A stretch of 64,000 nucleotides of DNA from Cyanophora paradoxa CCMP329. Lineage: Eukaryota > Plantae > Glaucophyta. Both the position numbers and the translations under genes were made by a program. Below are positions 1 through 12,370 of the stretch, piece after piece (within the stretch, counting starts at the first letter, position 1; every line of letters starts with the position of its first letter). The stretch lies in assembly GCA_004431415.1 (NCBI GenBank), contig QPMI01000427.1:62001-126000 (forward strand), given 5' to 3'. The notes beneath the pieces are model-generated. The model was not told where the DNA came from. It made no database searches and was given only the letters and a program-made list of their open reading frames with translations.

Positions 1-16
1 TCCCGCGGGCGGCGGG

Positions 17-3000
17 ATGGCGGTAGACGTTCGAGCGCAGGCGCGCGTCGTCCTGGACGACGGCGTGACCGGCGCGGCCGCCGTCCTGGAGAGGCTCGTC
101 GATCTGGACGGCTTCGACGACCTGCAGAAGGTCCGGGGGTGCTGCGCGGCCGCTCAACCAGTTTCGACTCAATCCTCATGCGCAGGACGATATTCGCCTC
201 TTTTCGATGGATGGCTCAGAGATCCGCGACCTGCGGGCGCTCCGGCCGGACGAGGACGTGCTCATTCTCGCCGACGATAACCAAATCGTTCCAGCCCTGA
301 GGGCCGGAGCATTTCTCGCCGCGCGCAATCGGGTGCTGAGGTACAATATCTTGCAGCAACCGCGTCTTCCTCTCCATTCTGATCACGCTCGCCGCGCAGG
401 TCCGGGCTTGAGGAACACGGCCGCGTTGCGCACGCGGTCCCGCCGCGCGAACTCGATAGCGCGTTCGCGCGGTGCTCGGACGGCTCGTATCGCCTTTCCT
501 CGCTCTCTTCCGGCTCTTCCTCTCTGCACCTCCCCACGCCCCGCGCGGCCTCCCCTCGCGCCTCGGACTCACCGGCCCCCGCCGAGGCGCGTAAGGGTCT
601 CCTCGCCGCGCCGCTGGCCCTCGGCGACGCTGCGGACGTCGTTGCGAGCTCCTCTGCCTCGGAGCCCGACGAGTACGACGGCAGCGCCAGCCCCGCGGTC
701 GAGATCGACTCGGCATTCGAGGACGACGAAGAAGAAGCAGAGGGGTGCGAACCTTCAGTGGCGCCGCCGGCAAGATCTGATTCTTGCGTTCCGCAGGCCG
801 GCGCAGGAGCCTCGGACAGCTTCGCATGCGGCCCGCCGCGGCGGCCGAGGCGCGGGGAGCTCGAGGGCGCCGGGGCGCGGCCGCGGGCAGAACCGGCTGC
901 GCGGGCGCTCCCACGTGGCCCGCAGGGCAGGCCCGGCTTCCCCGCGGGTCCGTGCCGATCCGCCGCCGGACGAAGACCGGCCGCAGCCGCAGCCGCAGCG
1001 GGCGCGCGCCCGCTCGCGCGACCGCAGCCGCGGGCAGCCGTCGAAGCGCGGGCGCGGCGGCGGCGGCGGCGGCGGGACGGAGGCGGCGGCCGCGGGATCG
1101 AGCGCCGCTCGCGTGCGACTGCGCACAGAGCGCGTGGGAGCCACGGGCGTGCCCTTCGCCACGGCCCCCGTGTCGCCCCCCGTGTCGTCCCCCGGCTCCG
1201 CCCCGCGGCCGTGGCCGCGGCCTCCCCTCGCCGCGGCCGCTCCGCGTCGGCCGCCGAGGCCAAGGCCCCGGCCGCAGCGCCCGCCCCCGCGGCCGCCGCC
1301 GACCGCCCCCGCCGCCGCGGCAGCGCCAGCGCCGGCCGCGCGCCTCGCGATCGGGAGGGCGTTGAGAAGGCGCGGAGCCCTCCGCCCAGCCCCGACGTCG
1401 ACTCCCAGCGGTGCGGACCGCGCCCTCGACCGCCCCTCTGATCCTCTGACGCCCTCGCAGGGACTCGACGTCGACGTCGACTTCGACGCCGGCCTCGGGC
1501 GGCTCGAGCGCCCTCTCCTCGGCGGGCCCCGCGCCGCGCCGCACTCCGCCCCTCCACGAGCGCCGCGCCTGGTACCCGCCCCCGCCTCCGCTTCCCGAAC
1601 GCCAAGTTTGAGCGGCCCCGGACTCGGCCCCCGCCCTCCGCCCCGCAGGTACTTTTCCTTCTACCGCTTCTGGATCGTGCGGGGCCGCCCCGTGGCGGCG
1701 TACCCCGTGGCGGGGGGGCGCCCCGTCGACCTCTACGGCCTCTCCTGCAAGGCGAGTTCTATGACTAATTTCGATGACTTGAGTTCGGCCTCTGGTTTCT
1801 GACGATCTTACGTTTAAAGCATCTGAAGCTCTTAAGCTTAAGTTTGATGATTCATTGCGATCTTAAGCTCGCTCTGGAGTTCGGCCCCTGGTTTCTGACG
1901 ATGGGCGCTGCGCGCGGGGCAGGTCACCGCGGCGAGGCAGCAGGGCGCGCTGGTCCGCCCCCACCCCCCCCCCCCCCCCACCCCCACCCCCCACCCCCAC
2001 CCCCCCACCCCCACCCATCCCCCTGCCCCCCTCCTTCCCCCACTCCTTCCCCCTCCCCCCTCTCCTCCTTCCCCCCTCCTTCCCCCTCCCCCTCCGCCCG
2101 CCCCACCTCCTTCCCCCCCCCCCTCCCCCCTCCCCCCCCCCCCCCCCGACCACCCTTCTGGCTCCCTGGTCCGCCTCCAACCTCACTCAACGCCAGCTGA
2201 ACCCCTTGCGCAGAGCTGGGACCGGCTGGCGTCGGAGATGATGGCTGCACCCCCGCGGAGGGCGCGCGGGGCCGCAGCGGCGCACAGGGCGCCAAGCAGG
2301 GGCCGGGGCTGGGTGCGCCCCCCCCCCCCCCCCCCCCCTCCCCCTCCCCTCCGTTCTGAAGGCCGCGCCGCCTCGCCAGCGTGGGCGGCGCGGGCGCTGA
2401 AGGCGGCCTTCGAGCGCTGGGTCGAGCCGTACGAGGCCGAGCGCGCCCGCGGCGGCGTCCGCCCCCGACCACCGCCGAGGTAGCCAAGTGAAGTTAGTAT
2501 GCACTGCACGCGTTCCGAGATTTGATCCGCGCCCGGCAGATGGCGGAGGACCCGACGAGGGACCACTTCATCGTCTGCTGCGCCTGCGGGCACCGCCACG
2601 GCCCGCCGGCCCGCCGCCGACGCCGGCCCGCGCCCGCCGCCACCCGATCCTCCCGCGCCGCGCCTCCGCCGCCGCCGCCGCCGCCTCCGCCGCCTCCGCC
2701 GCCTCCGCCGCCGCCGCTGCCTCCGGGTCGCCTTCGGCCCAAGTCCCCGCCAGCCCGCGGCGCCTCGTGGGGTGCCGGAGCTGCACGGAGAAAGGCTCAG
2801 TCGACGTCGAGGTCCCCGCCGGGCCCGGCCCGACCGCGAGGTAGCCTTCTGATCTGATCTGATCTGAGATCGCTCCGCCTCTTTGATCGGGGCTCTGCTA
2901 AGCGGCCCCGCAGGTGCACTCGATCCGGGAGGTGCAGTGCAGCACGTGCTTCGTCTGGCTCCACGCGGTCCGCCCGCGACCCGCGCCCAGGCGCCCGCCC

Positions 3001-3227
3001 GCCTCCGCTCTCTGATCATGAATTTGATCCGTCCGTCATCGCAGCCGTGCGCGGTGGAGGCGGGCCTCGTCACGCGCGGGCGCCTAGCGCACATCGCCGC
3101 CGCCGGGCCCGGCAGGTCCGACGCCGATTCAAATTCAAAATTAAGAAGCTGACTTCATTTGATCCGGGAACCGCGCAGCGGAGTGGAGGGCGACTTCCGG
3201 TGCGGCGCGTGTCAGGCTGCCAGCTAG
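17..3227 (+). CDS. Multi-exon ARID/BRIGHT + PHD-finger chromatin protein, with a possible N-terminal KHA/DCX-like domain
   Basis: Spliced exons give ARID motifs: YFSFYRFWIVRGRPVAAYPVAGGRPVDLYGLSCK (1650-1751), SWDRLASEM (~2214) and ALKAAFERWVEPYEAE (~2394-2440). A C4HC3 PHD follows: GCRSC...VQCSTCFVWLHAPC...DFRCGACQAAS*, with TAG at 3225-3227. Joining ARID and PHD into one gene is inferred from plausible introns. Confidence 0.7.
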
Positions 3228-3762
3228 CTCCGGGCCTCTGGCGCTGGCATGCCGCTGGGCCCCAACCCTGTTCCGTATCTAATATCAAGAGGGGGTAGCC
3301 CGATGTGAGAGCAGCGGGGCGGGGGTAGGGGGCAACATGCTGGGGGATAGGGGTACCCCGGTATAGCCTGGGGGTACAGCCGGCACTGCGGCATGCGCAT
3401 GCGCAAGTTCCGGACCCAACGCTGGATCTCCTGGCCTCGTGCTTCGACCGCGCACGAGCTCGAGCGCGGCAAGTTGCCGCGGCCGCCGCACCGAAGTTGC
3501 TGGCTCTTGGGGGGTACAGTCGCAATTGAGTCAGGCGAGCGCAGCGGACAATCGGCTCATGCATTCCTTGCAGCGACCGGCTACAGCGCTAGCGTGTCAC
3601 AGGATCGATCGCAGCCGTGCCGCTGCGGCGCTGGTGTTCTCCGCTGCCGCCTGAGCGCTCGCTTTCAGGGAGTCGCCCGCAGCTTGAGAGCACCGCAAGC
3701 ATCAAGCGCTTCAAGAGCAGCCTGAGCGGCGGACGAGCGCCGGGGGCGATCCGCGGCCCCCG

Positions 3763-6700
3763 ATGGCGCTCCCACCGCCTTCGGACGGTGCGGCAGGCGG
3801 GGCGGGCGTCAGTGACAGGAGCGCGGACGATGAACGCATCGCGGAGCTCATTCGCTTGAAGCCGGCCGAGCGGACGGGGTTCTTCGGCGGGGACGTGAGC
3901 GCGCAGCAGTACTTTGAGGTGTGCACGCTTCGCCCCACACGTGCCGGCGACGCGGCCGCTGTCATCTGGCGGCGTGCCGCTGTGTCTCTCGGTCCGTGCG
4001 CTCACGATCCTACCGCAGGAGACGGTCGCGTTCCTGCTGGAGCGCGAGCACTGGTACTGCCGGTTCCCCTCGCTGGCGCGCGAGCTCGTCTACCTGTACT
4101 GCTGGATCGGCAATGCGGAGGTGGACAAGGTCTTCGCGGAGATTGCTTCCCAACTCTCGCGCTGCACGACCTGGTTCGAATTTGATCGCACGCGCGCGCA
4201 GCTGCAGCGCCCGCGCGCGCGCGGGGCTGACCCCTGCGCAGCGTCGACGTGTACCAGAGCAGCCAGGCGGAGAAGCAGGCGGCGCTGCTCGAGGATTTCG
4301 AAGAGGGCCAGGTCCAGAAGTTCTTCGCGGACCTCGCCAAGTACGACGAGCAGCGGCTCCTCAGCGAGCTCGGGCGCGCGGACGACAGCGCCACGTGCGG
4401 CTCGACGAGCTCGACGAAGCCGCGCGGCAGCGCCTCTCCACCGCACTGTACGAGAGCGTCGCGTACCCGACCGCCCTCCTCGGCTCGCCCGCCCTCTACC
4501 GCGCCGTGGGCGCCGTGCGTCCGCTTGCCTCGAGCTCTGGGCCGCGGTCGTCGCCGCCGCTGATCGCGACCGCCGCGCCGCAGTGGGGCAAGAAGAGCCA
4601 GGTCGAGAGCGTGCCGCTGACGATCCAGGGCGGGCGCCCGCTCCCGGGCCTGCTGCTGCTCCTGGTGCACCCAGACGTGGTCGTGCGGGCGTGGGCCGAT
4701 GCGACTCTCGAGGAGGCCGACCCGCCGCCGACTGGTTCCGAGCAGCTCGACGCTTACGAAGACGCTATGGACTTTCTGCTCGCTACTGTGCGTCGATCTG
4801 TGCGCTTTTTCCCTCCTCCTATGCACCCACTGCACTGCAGATGTCCTCGGATCGGTTCTGGGTGCACCGCCACGGGCAGGCGGGGGCGGGCCCGGCCCCC
4901 GACGCGGAGTGGCCGCTGGCGCGCTGCGAGTTCTGGGCGGGCTTCCCGTCGGTCCTGCGGCGCTTCGACGCGGCCGCCGTCGAGCGGCTCCTGTCGCGCC
5001 ACGGCGCGCTTGTTGACATGGCGTCCCGCGCCGTCCGGGGCGACCTCTTCTGGAGCGCGGCGCGCATCCTCAGGATCCTGCTGTCCGCCGCCCGCGCCGC
5101 CACGTGGGCCCAGGCCGGCATCCGCCCGCGGCTGCTCGTGTCCCTGCTCGTCGAGCGGTGCGAGCAGCCCGGCTGCGAGGCCGCCGTCCAGAACGCGTGC
5201 ATGGACCTGCTCCCCATCGTCGTGTCCTCCATCTCGGCCCGCCCTTCCTTCCGCCATCGCCTTGCGTTTCCTTCCCGTCTGACGCTGCGCAGGACGGCGA
5301 GCGCGGCGAGCGCCGGCAGCAGCGCGCCGCGGCCCTCCGCTTCCTTCTCGTCAACGGGCCTTCGGCCGCCTTCCCCTCCCCCTCCAACGCGTGCGCTGTC
5401 CTCCGCCCTCTGCGGCGACGCGCGCCTTCTGAATGCAGCGAATCGCAGACGCATGCGCTCAGAGTCGCGCTGCGCCTGCTGCGCGCGGGGATCGACGACG
5501 ACATCTTGGATCCGGACGAGGACGAGGACGAAGCCGGTCCGCTCTTTACCATCGCGGCTGTGTCTTCTGCAGCTGACGGATCGCCGCAGAGACAGCGGCG
5601 GCCGAGGTGGAGCACGTGGCGTGGTGCGGGCCCCTCGTCAAGTTGACCTGCTCGCTGGGGAGCCCTCTGGAGCCGAAGGAGCTGGAGCAGGCCACGGACT
5701 TCCTCGCCGCCACTTTCGCGAGCGACGGCACCGCTCTGCTCTCGGTCCGCCGCTCTCTGTCTCTTTTGCGACGTCGACGTCGATCCGCACCGCGGGCAGG
5801 CGGCGCTCGCGGCGGCGCGCGGGGAGGAGCAGCGGAAGCCGCGGCTCCACTGGGCGGCGTGGGAGGCGCTCTGCGGCCCGCACCCCCTCGTCGTGCACGT
5901 CGACGGCGTCCACCCCAAGATCCTCCTGGCGGTCGTCCGCGCCGTCAGCGCCTCCGCGGCCCTCTCGCCCGCGGACGCCGCCGCGGCGGAGGCGCTGGAG
6001 GCGGCGAGGGGCTGCGCCGCGCGGCTGCTCTCGGCGGTGGCCGCGCGCCGGAGCGACGTCGCCCTCGATCCGCTGTTCCGGGACCCGTCGGGCTGCCTCG
6101 TCGCCCTCTTCGCCGGGGCGCACGGCGGGTGCCGCGAGGCCGTCTCGAGCGTCCTCCTCGCCCGCCACCCGAACGACGTCGGCTCCCTCGCGGCCCTCCG
6201 CGCCTACGCCTCCGCCCAGCCCGCCGCCGTCCGGGCCGGCCTCGTTGCCGCCGTCGAGGGCGCGGCGCGGGCGGGCCCCGTCAACGCGGCCCGCTCGCTC
6301 CGCTCGCTCTTCCTGGCGCTACAGCACGCGCTCCCCGGCCTCCCCGATCTGGAGACCTCCGGCGAGCTGCTGCTCAAGGCCGCGTGGCGCCTGGCCATGG
6401 AGTGCCTGGCCTGCGCCGCCTCCCTTCGGGCTGCCGCCCCTGGCGCGGTCCGCTCGACGCCTTTTTACCTCCGGTTCGAGAATGCTGACCGGGGCGCAGT
6501 ACGAGCCGGTCACCGTGGCGCTCCTGGAAGGTCTCCGCGAGGTGCTGGCGGCCGCGTCCCGCGCCGAGGCCTCTCCCCTCCTCGGCGACCTGGCGGCCTC
6601 CTTCCCGCGCTGGTGCCCACCGCCGACCAATCTCTGCCGCTGGCTCCGCTTTCTAATGCGCGTGCGCAGGGCGGCTCCGCTCGCGCGGCTCGGCGTGCAG

Positions 6701-9700
6701 GATTCGCAGCCGGCCATCCGGCGCCGCTGGGCCACTGTCTTCGCCGATGCCCTGGAACTCGCCGCGCGCTCCTTGCCGGGCCCCCTCGCCCTGCCGACCC
6801 CGAGGTGCTCTTCCCGCGGCCGCCCGCCTCGCCTCCCGCCTCTGATCGGCGCGCGCGCCCGCGCAGCTCGTGCCGCCGATCGCGGAGCTCGTCCGCAGCA
6901 GCGGCGGGCCGGCGGACGTGCTGTCGGACGAGCAGAAGTACAGACTCGCGGAGCTGCTGCCGGCCGTGGCGGAGGCGGCCCGCGCCCCGCCTTCCTGGGC
7001 CAACTGGCCCTCCCGCGGCAGCCCGGCGCCGCAGCCGCCCGGCCCCGCCCCGCCGGCTCTTCCGCCCAGCAGCGCCGCCGTGCAGCCGGCCCGCCTCCGT
7101 CCCGCATCGCTCCGCCGCCTATCCCTCGGGAAATTATCGACCTGACCGAAGACGACGACGAAGAGGGCGTCGTCGATCCCCGCCCCCGCCTCGCCCGGCC
7201 CCTCCACCCGCGGCCGCTCCTGCTGTCCCCGCGCCACGCCCGCTCCAGCTCCGTCGAAGCCCTTGTACCCCGTCTTTCGCGTCCGGCCCGCGGATCAGGC
7301 GGGCGCTGCGCCACCGGCGCCTTCGGGCACTGCGCCGTCGAAGCCCGCGGCCGCCGTCAACAACACCTTTCCTCCTCCAGAATCTTCGTTCCTCCGCACC
7401 CGCGCCCACTGCGCCTTCGGCGTCCAAGCCACCTGCACCCCACACCCTCCCCCGCTCGCGCGCCGCCGAACCTCCCACGGCCTTCCCCTCCGGCGGCCTC
7501 GGCCCCCGCCCGTCGCCCAAGCCAGCTCCTCCTCGTCCGCAGCGACGCAGCCGCACGACTCGCGCGCCGGCCTTCCAGCAGGACGCAGCGAGGCCGCCCA
7601 CCCCGCGCCGCCGGCGCGGGCCGCCTTCAACCTCAGCGACGTCATCGCCGACACAGTCGCGCTGGCGTCTTCCATCCCCCCCGCACCGCCGCGAGATCGT
7701 CCTCCGCCGCCGCCCCGAGCGCCGCCGCCAGCGCCGGCGCCGCAGCGCGATCCGTCGGCCGCGGCCGCGGCGAGAAAGAGGACGCCGTCGCCGGAGTCCC
7801 GCAGGGCCGACACGGCGTCACCGGAGCCCTGGATCAGCCCGGCACCGGCGCCGCAGCCCGCCAACGATCGCGAGCACCAGACTGCGCAGCCGTTCGTCCG
7901 GGGCAGCTCGCCCGGCGCGCAGCAAGCCGCAGCGAGGGGGCCCACTCCGCCGCCGGAGATGGAGGAGGGTGAGTGGGCGGAGGACGCGGAGGCCGAAGCT
8001 GAGGCTGCGAAGCACCGGGCGCGCGCCAGGGAGCTCGCGGCGGCCGCCGTCCGAAAGCCGGACCGCCGTCCAGCGAAGGTCGCCGTGGGATGGTGTTCGA
8101 CGCTCTCGCCCGTCACTGAGAATTCTTCATGCGCAGATGATGAATTTGGAGGAGGTGGGCGTGCGGCAAACCGACCTGCAGTCGGCGCGGCACTCGCGGC
8201 TGGATCAGGAGCGCGACGTGGCGAGCCGGCTCAAGCCGACCCTCGACACCCTCCACCGCACCGTTCTCTCCTGGGGTCTCAGCGAGATCCGACAAGTGCG
8301 GTTTCTTCAATTTCTTTGCCGGCTTCGCCTTGACGCGAGCGTCGACGTCGACATCGCAGGAGGCGCCCGTGCAGCCGCTGAAGCCCGTTCCCCGGTCCTT
8401 TCCTCCGTCGATGCCTACTGCTCCGGTGCGGCGTTAACGTTCTAGATCTCTAAATCTGTGAAGCTCTGCTCTTCTGCTCTCTTTCTGAACGCGTGTGGCA
8501 GTGCTGGAGCCGCTGCTGCTGGAGGAGGTGCGGGCACAGCTGCAGACCGCCGAGCGGGAGGGCGACGACGGGGACGGCGCCGCCCTGCAGGCCAAGCTCC
8601 GCTCGTGCGCCCGCCCGGCCGCTCGCCCATTAACGTTGCTTCTCGCGGCACGCTCACAATGGGGTCGCAGCGTGGATCGAGTGGACAGCTTCCACTTCGC
8701 GACGCTCCAGCTGCGGACCGTGCCGCAAGGGTCGGCTTCCCTCACGGACCACGACGTCGTTCTCTTGACGGAGGACACCGCCGCGGCGAGAGACGACGCC
8801 CTCACGTGCTTGGCAAGGCGCGCCGAAGTACTCTCAGCGTTTTTGAGCGCGCGCGCGTTTTTAAGCGCGCGCTCGGCTTTGAGCGGGCGTGCCGGCAGCT
8901 CTCTTTGAGCAAATTCTCGGCTCACGCGCTTCGCAGGTCGAGAGGGTGGAGCTCCCAGCGAACCCCGCGGGCGGGCGCGGGCCGCGGGCGGACCCGCGGG
9001 CAGTGCGCCTGAAGCTCTACCTGGACCGCTCCGGCTACGGCGTGGATCGCCGGCAGGTCATGCTGCAGCGGCTGCGGGTGGACAGCCGGTGGCGCCTGCG
9101 CAAGCTGCACAACCTCGTGACCGTGCACCGGGAGTACCAGGCCCTCCTCTCTGCTCGCCACCTCACCCTCCTGCCCCACGTATGTTTTCTCCGCGCCCCT
9201 GCCTGCATGCTTAGTTTCTAAAATCCTCTCTCAGATTCTCGACCCCGCAAAGCATCCACCCGTCTTGTCTCCTGTGCGCGTATCCCACACCCCGTTTTCC
9301 CTTCCCTCGGCGCTGATCCCGCATGACGCCGCGGCCGTAGCCTCCGGCGGCCGGATCGGCGAGCATTCTTCCCGCCCCGTTCCGAAACCAGATCGACAAG
9401 GAGTTCAACGAGTCGCAAAGGCGGGCGATCTTGCACGTCGGCACGAGTCTCTCGAGGGGCTTCTGCCTGCTGCAGGCGAGCGAGCCGTGCCTTCTTCTCT
9501 GCCGTCGCTTTCGTCTGACTTGCTCTGCCGTGCAGGGGCCGCCTGGTACCGGGAAGACGCGGACGGTGGTCGCTGTCATCAGCGCCCTCCTGATGCGCGC
9601 CGCGGCGCAGCGGGTCGGCCCGAACGCCGCCCCTGCAGCAGTGGCAGCCGCCATGCTGCCGGCGCCCGACCTGTCGAACCCTGACATGGCCCGCACCGAG

Positions 9701-10426
9701 TCGCTCCCCCGCTTCGGGGCGTCCCAGAGCGGGCCGGCGGCTCGAATCCTGGTTCGCCCCCTGACCGCCCGCCGCCTTCGACGACGTCGACGCTCAACTT
9801 CGTGCGCCAGGTCTGCGCGCCGTCGAACGCGGCCATCGACGAGCTCGTCTCTCGGCTGTGCGCGGGGCTTCCGGGCCCGGACGGGAAGAACCTCGTCCCG
9901 CCCCGCGGAACCGTCATCCGCCTGGTCCGCTGCTCCCTGCTGCTCGCTTCATTTTCGTTCCCTGATCGCGGTACGCAGGGAGTGCCGCAGGGGGGCTCCC
10001 CAGGGCCAGTGCACATCGAAACGCTGGTCGAGGAAGCTATCAGCGGCACAGCCGCGCAGTCCTCTACCGAGGGCATGCCGAGTGCGTGTCTCTCTTCTTC
10101 CGTTCGCTCTGTTGTCTGAAGCTTCGTTCAGGCGTGGAGCAGCTGGAGATGGAACTGGCCGCGGCGCAAGAAGCTTTCTCGGCCGACATTGCCCTCCTCC
10201 AGCGTCTGAACGAAGCGCTGGTTCGACTTCGCGTTTTCTAAATCTGCTATCTTTATCAACGGCGGCGCAGGCCGGGCCCGGGAACGCCGCGCCGCCCGAA
10301 TTGACTGCGGAGGAGAAAACCGATGACACGCTTGGCCGCCAGGGCGACAACAAGCAGCTGCTGCCGATGTCCGAGCGCGCGGCGGCGTGCAGGAGGCGGC
10401 TGGACTCGACGCGGGCGCACAAGGAG
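3763..10426 (+). CDS. SEN1: Sen1/senataxin-like SF1 helicase, 5' part only (SEN1_N domain to motif Ia), truncated at the duplication breakpoint
   Basis: SEN1_N-like REHWYCRF...SRCTT...VDVYQ...KFFADLAKYDEQRL; LEPLLLEEVRAQLQ (~8505); VTVHREYQAL; FNESQ Q-motif; LLQ|GPPGTGKT Walker A (~9536); RIL|VCAPSNAAIDELVSRL motif Ia (~9811). No motif II-VI exons were found downstream. Confidence 0.88.
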
Positions 10427-10444
10427 CATGCGCCCTTCGGACAG

Positions 10445-11133
10445 GTCGTGCGGGAGGATGCGGAGTGGGCGGGGGGCGGGGGCGGGGCGGGCCCCGAGGC
10501 GGCCGAGCGGGCGCGGGCGGGCTTCGAGCGGCTGCGGGCGGAGGGGCGCGTGTGCGCCGGCGAGCTGCGGGAGCTCGCGGCGAGCTCGGGCCTCCGCTCC
10601 GGAAAGTGGCTCCTCTTCGCCACCCCCGCCCAGGCCCGCCCCCGCCCCGGTCCCTCGACCCGGCCCCCGCCCCGCCCTCCATTTCTTGGGCCTAGCCTCA
10701 GCTTCGGGCGCACGTGCACATGCGCAGGTGGACGAGTGGTGGGCGAAGGTGGCGCGCGGGGTGGCGCGCGGGCAGCTGGGGCCGGCGGCCAAGGTGGCCC
10801 CCCGGGGCGGGCAGCGCGTCATCTGCGCCTACACGGCCGACTGCCTCGACGAGCCCGACGTCCGCCGCGTCCGAGAGGCCCGCCCCGCCGTCCCGCGCTG
10901 GGCCCCGCCCCTCCGCCCGGCCCTAGGACTGAGCTCGGGGCCGGCAGGCGCTGCGGGCCCTCGGGTTCGCCGGCACGCTCCGCTACAAGGCGCGCCGGCC
11001 CCCCGCCCGCCCCCGGCCTCCGGCCCCCCGCCTGACGGGCCCTCGCCCCCGGCTGCAGGCGGACCTCTACACGGCGCTGGAGATCTACGCGGAGAACCCC
11101 TGGGGGCTCCCCGTCTCCATGTACTCCCTCTAG
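10445..11133 (+). CDS. 3' exons of DUF1917 (C11orf68/Bles03-like, eIF4E-like fold), copy 1, in frame with the upstream Sen1 exon
   Basis: SGKWLLFATPAQ|VDEWWAKVARGVARGQLGPAAKVAP...VICAYTADCLDEPDVRRVRE|ALRALGFAGTLRYK|ADLYTALEIYAENPWGLPVSMYSL*, matching the DUF1917 consensus GKW-LF...AKV...ICVYT...YK-D-YT...N-W. Confidence 0.85.
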
Positions 11134-12370
11134 CTTATAGCTAGCTGTAGACCAACTATAGACTTGAAGCCCCGACCCATCCTTCCTCCCCTCCCCCGCC
11201 CCCTCCAACCCCCGATCCTCCCCCGATCCTCTCCGCCCCATCCTCCCCGCCTCCCCCATCATCCCCACCCATACCTTCTCCCCGAGCTCCCCCCCTTCTC
11301 TCCCCTCTCCCCCCCTCCCCTCCCTTCCCCCCTCCCCCCTCCCCCTCCCCCCCCCCCCCCCCCGCGCGCGCGCCCCCTCTCCCCACCCCATCCCCGCAGC
11401 GGCCGGCCGTGGCCCTGGCCATGGGCCCCACCCGACCCTGCTTCGCCTTCAAAAACAATATCTACTTGGGTACTTCGGAAAGAATCCCAACGTCAAAATT
11501 GATATGGATTGATATCAATTGGGAAATTGATTTCGATTGGGAAATTGATTTTGATCGGAAGTTAGGAGTCATTGAGTCCTCCCAGCACGGCCGCGAGTTG
11601 CAATTGGACGCCACGCCGCTGCTCGGCCGCCGAGCGAGTCCTCTCGTGCCCGGGGCCGAGGAAGCGCTCGAGCACGGGCAGCGCCTCCTGCCCCGCGCCC
11701 GCGCCCGGTCGCATTCAACTTGCAACGAATTCGAAGAAGCAACATGAAACGTTAACACTCTAGATCTCACCTCGAGGAGCTGGCTATGGAGGGCCCCTCC
11801 GTTGTCGTCGAGCTCATCCCGGAGTCCGGATCCAAAATTGCAAAATTTTGCAAATTTGTCATCCAACTGAAACGACCGAATGGGCCCCTGTACATGTACT
11901 CGGTACTAATGCGGCCCGGCCCGCATCATGTACCCTTGCGTCACAATTGTACCTTCGAATTCTCACTTGAGCATGTACCCTTGCCGAGTGGCCCCCCTAT
12001 TTCTCTTCCGGATCCGCCTCCCCCCCGTATATATATACGTAATTATAACCGCGCGCGGTTGCGCGCCCCTGGTTAAAACGAGCGGCCACCATCCCCGGGC
12101 CCGCCTTGAAGCCCCAAGACCCAAGGCCACTCCTGCTCCGCAGGGACTCGCTTGTTAGGAATCATTGAGTTCTCCCACCACAAGTTGCATTGGGACGCGA
12201 CGCCGCTGCTCGGCGGCCGATCGCAAGCGAGTCCTCTTGCATCCAGGGCCCGGCCGATCGCGAGGGAGCGCATGATCTAGAGCCCGCGGCCGATCGTGTG
12301 TTATGCAAATGTGCACGATCCGTAAGAAAGTCTGTATGCCTAAAAAATTAAGGAAGGCTCGACGACCGGA

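Noticed and set aside
3914-8445. Very long ORFs (1352 aa and 850 aa) and similar Arg/Pro/Gly-rich ORFs elsewhere
   Set aside because: GC-rich DNA has few stop codons, so these frames run through introns. The real protein switches frame between exons.
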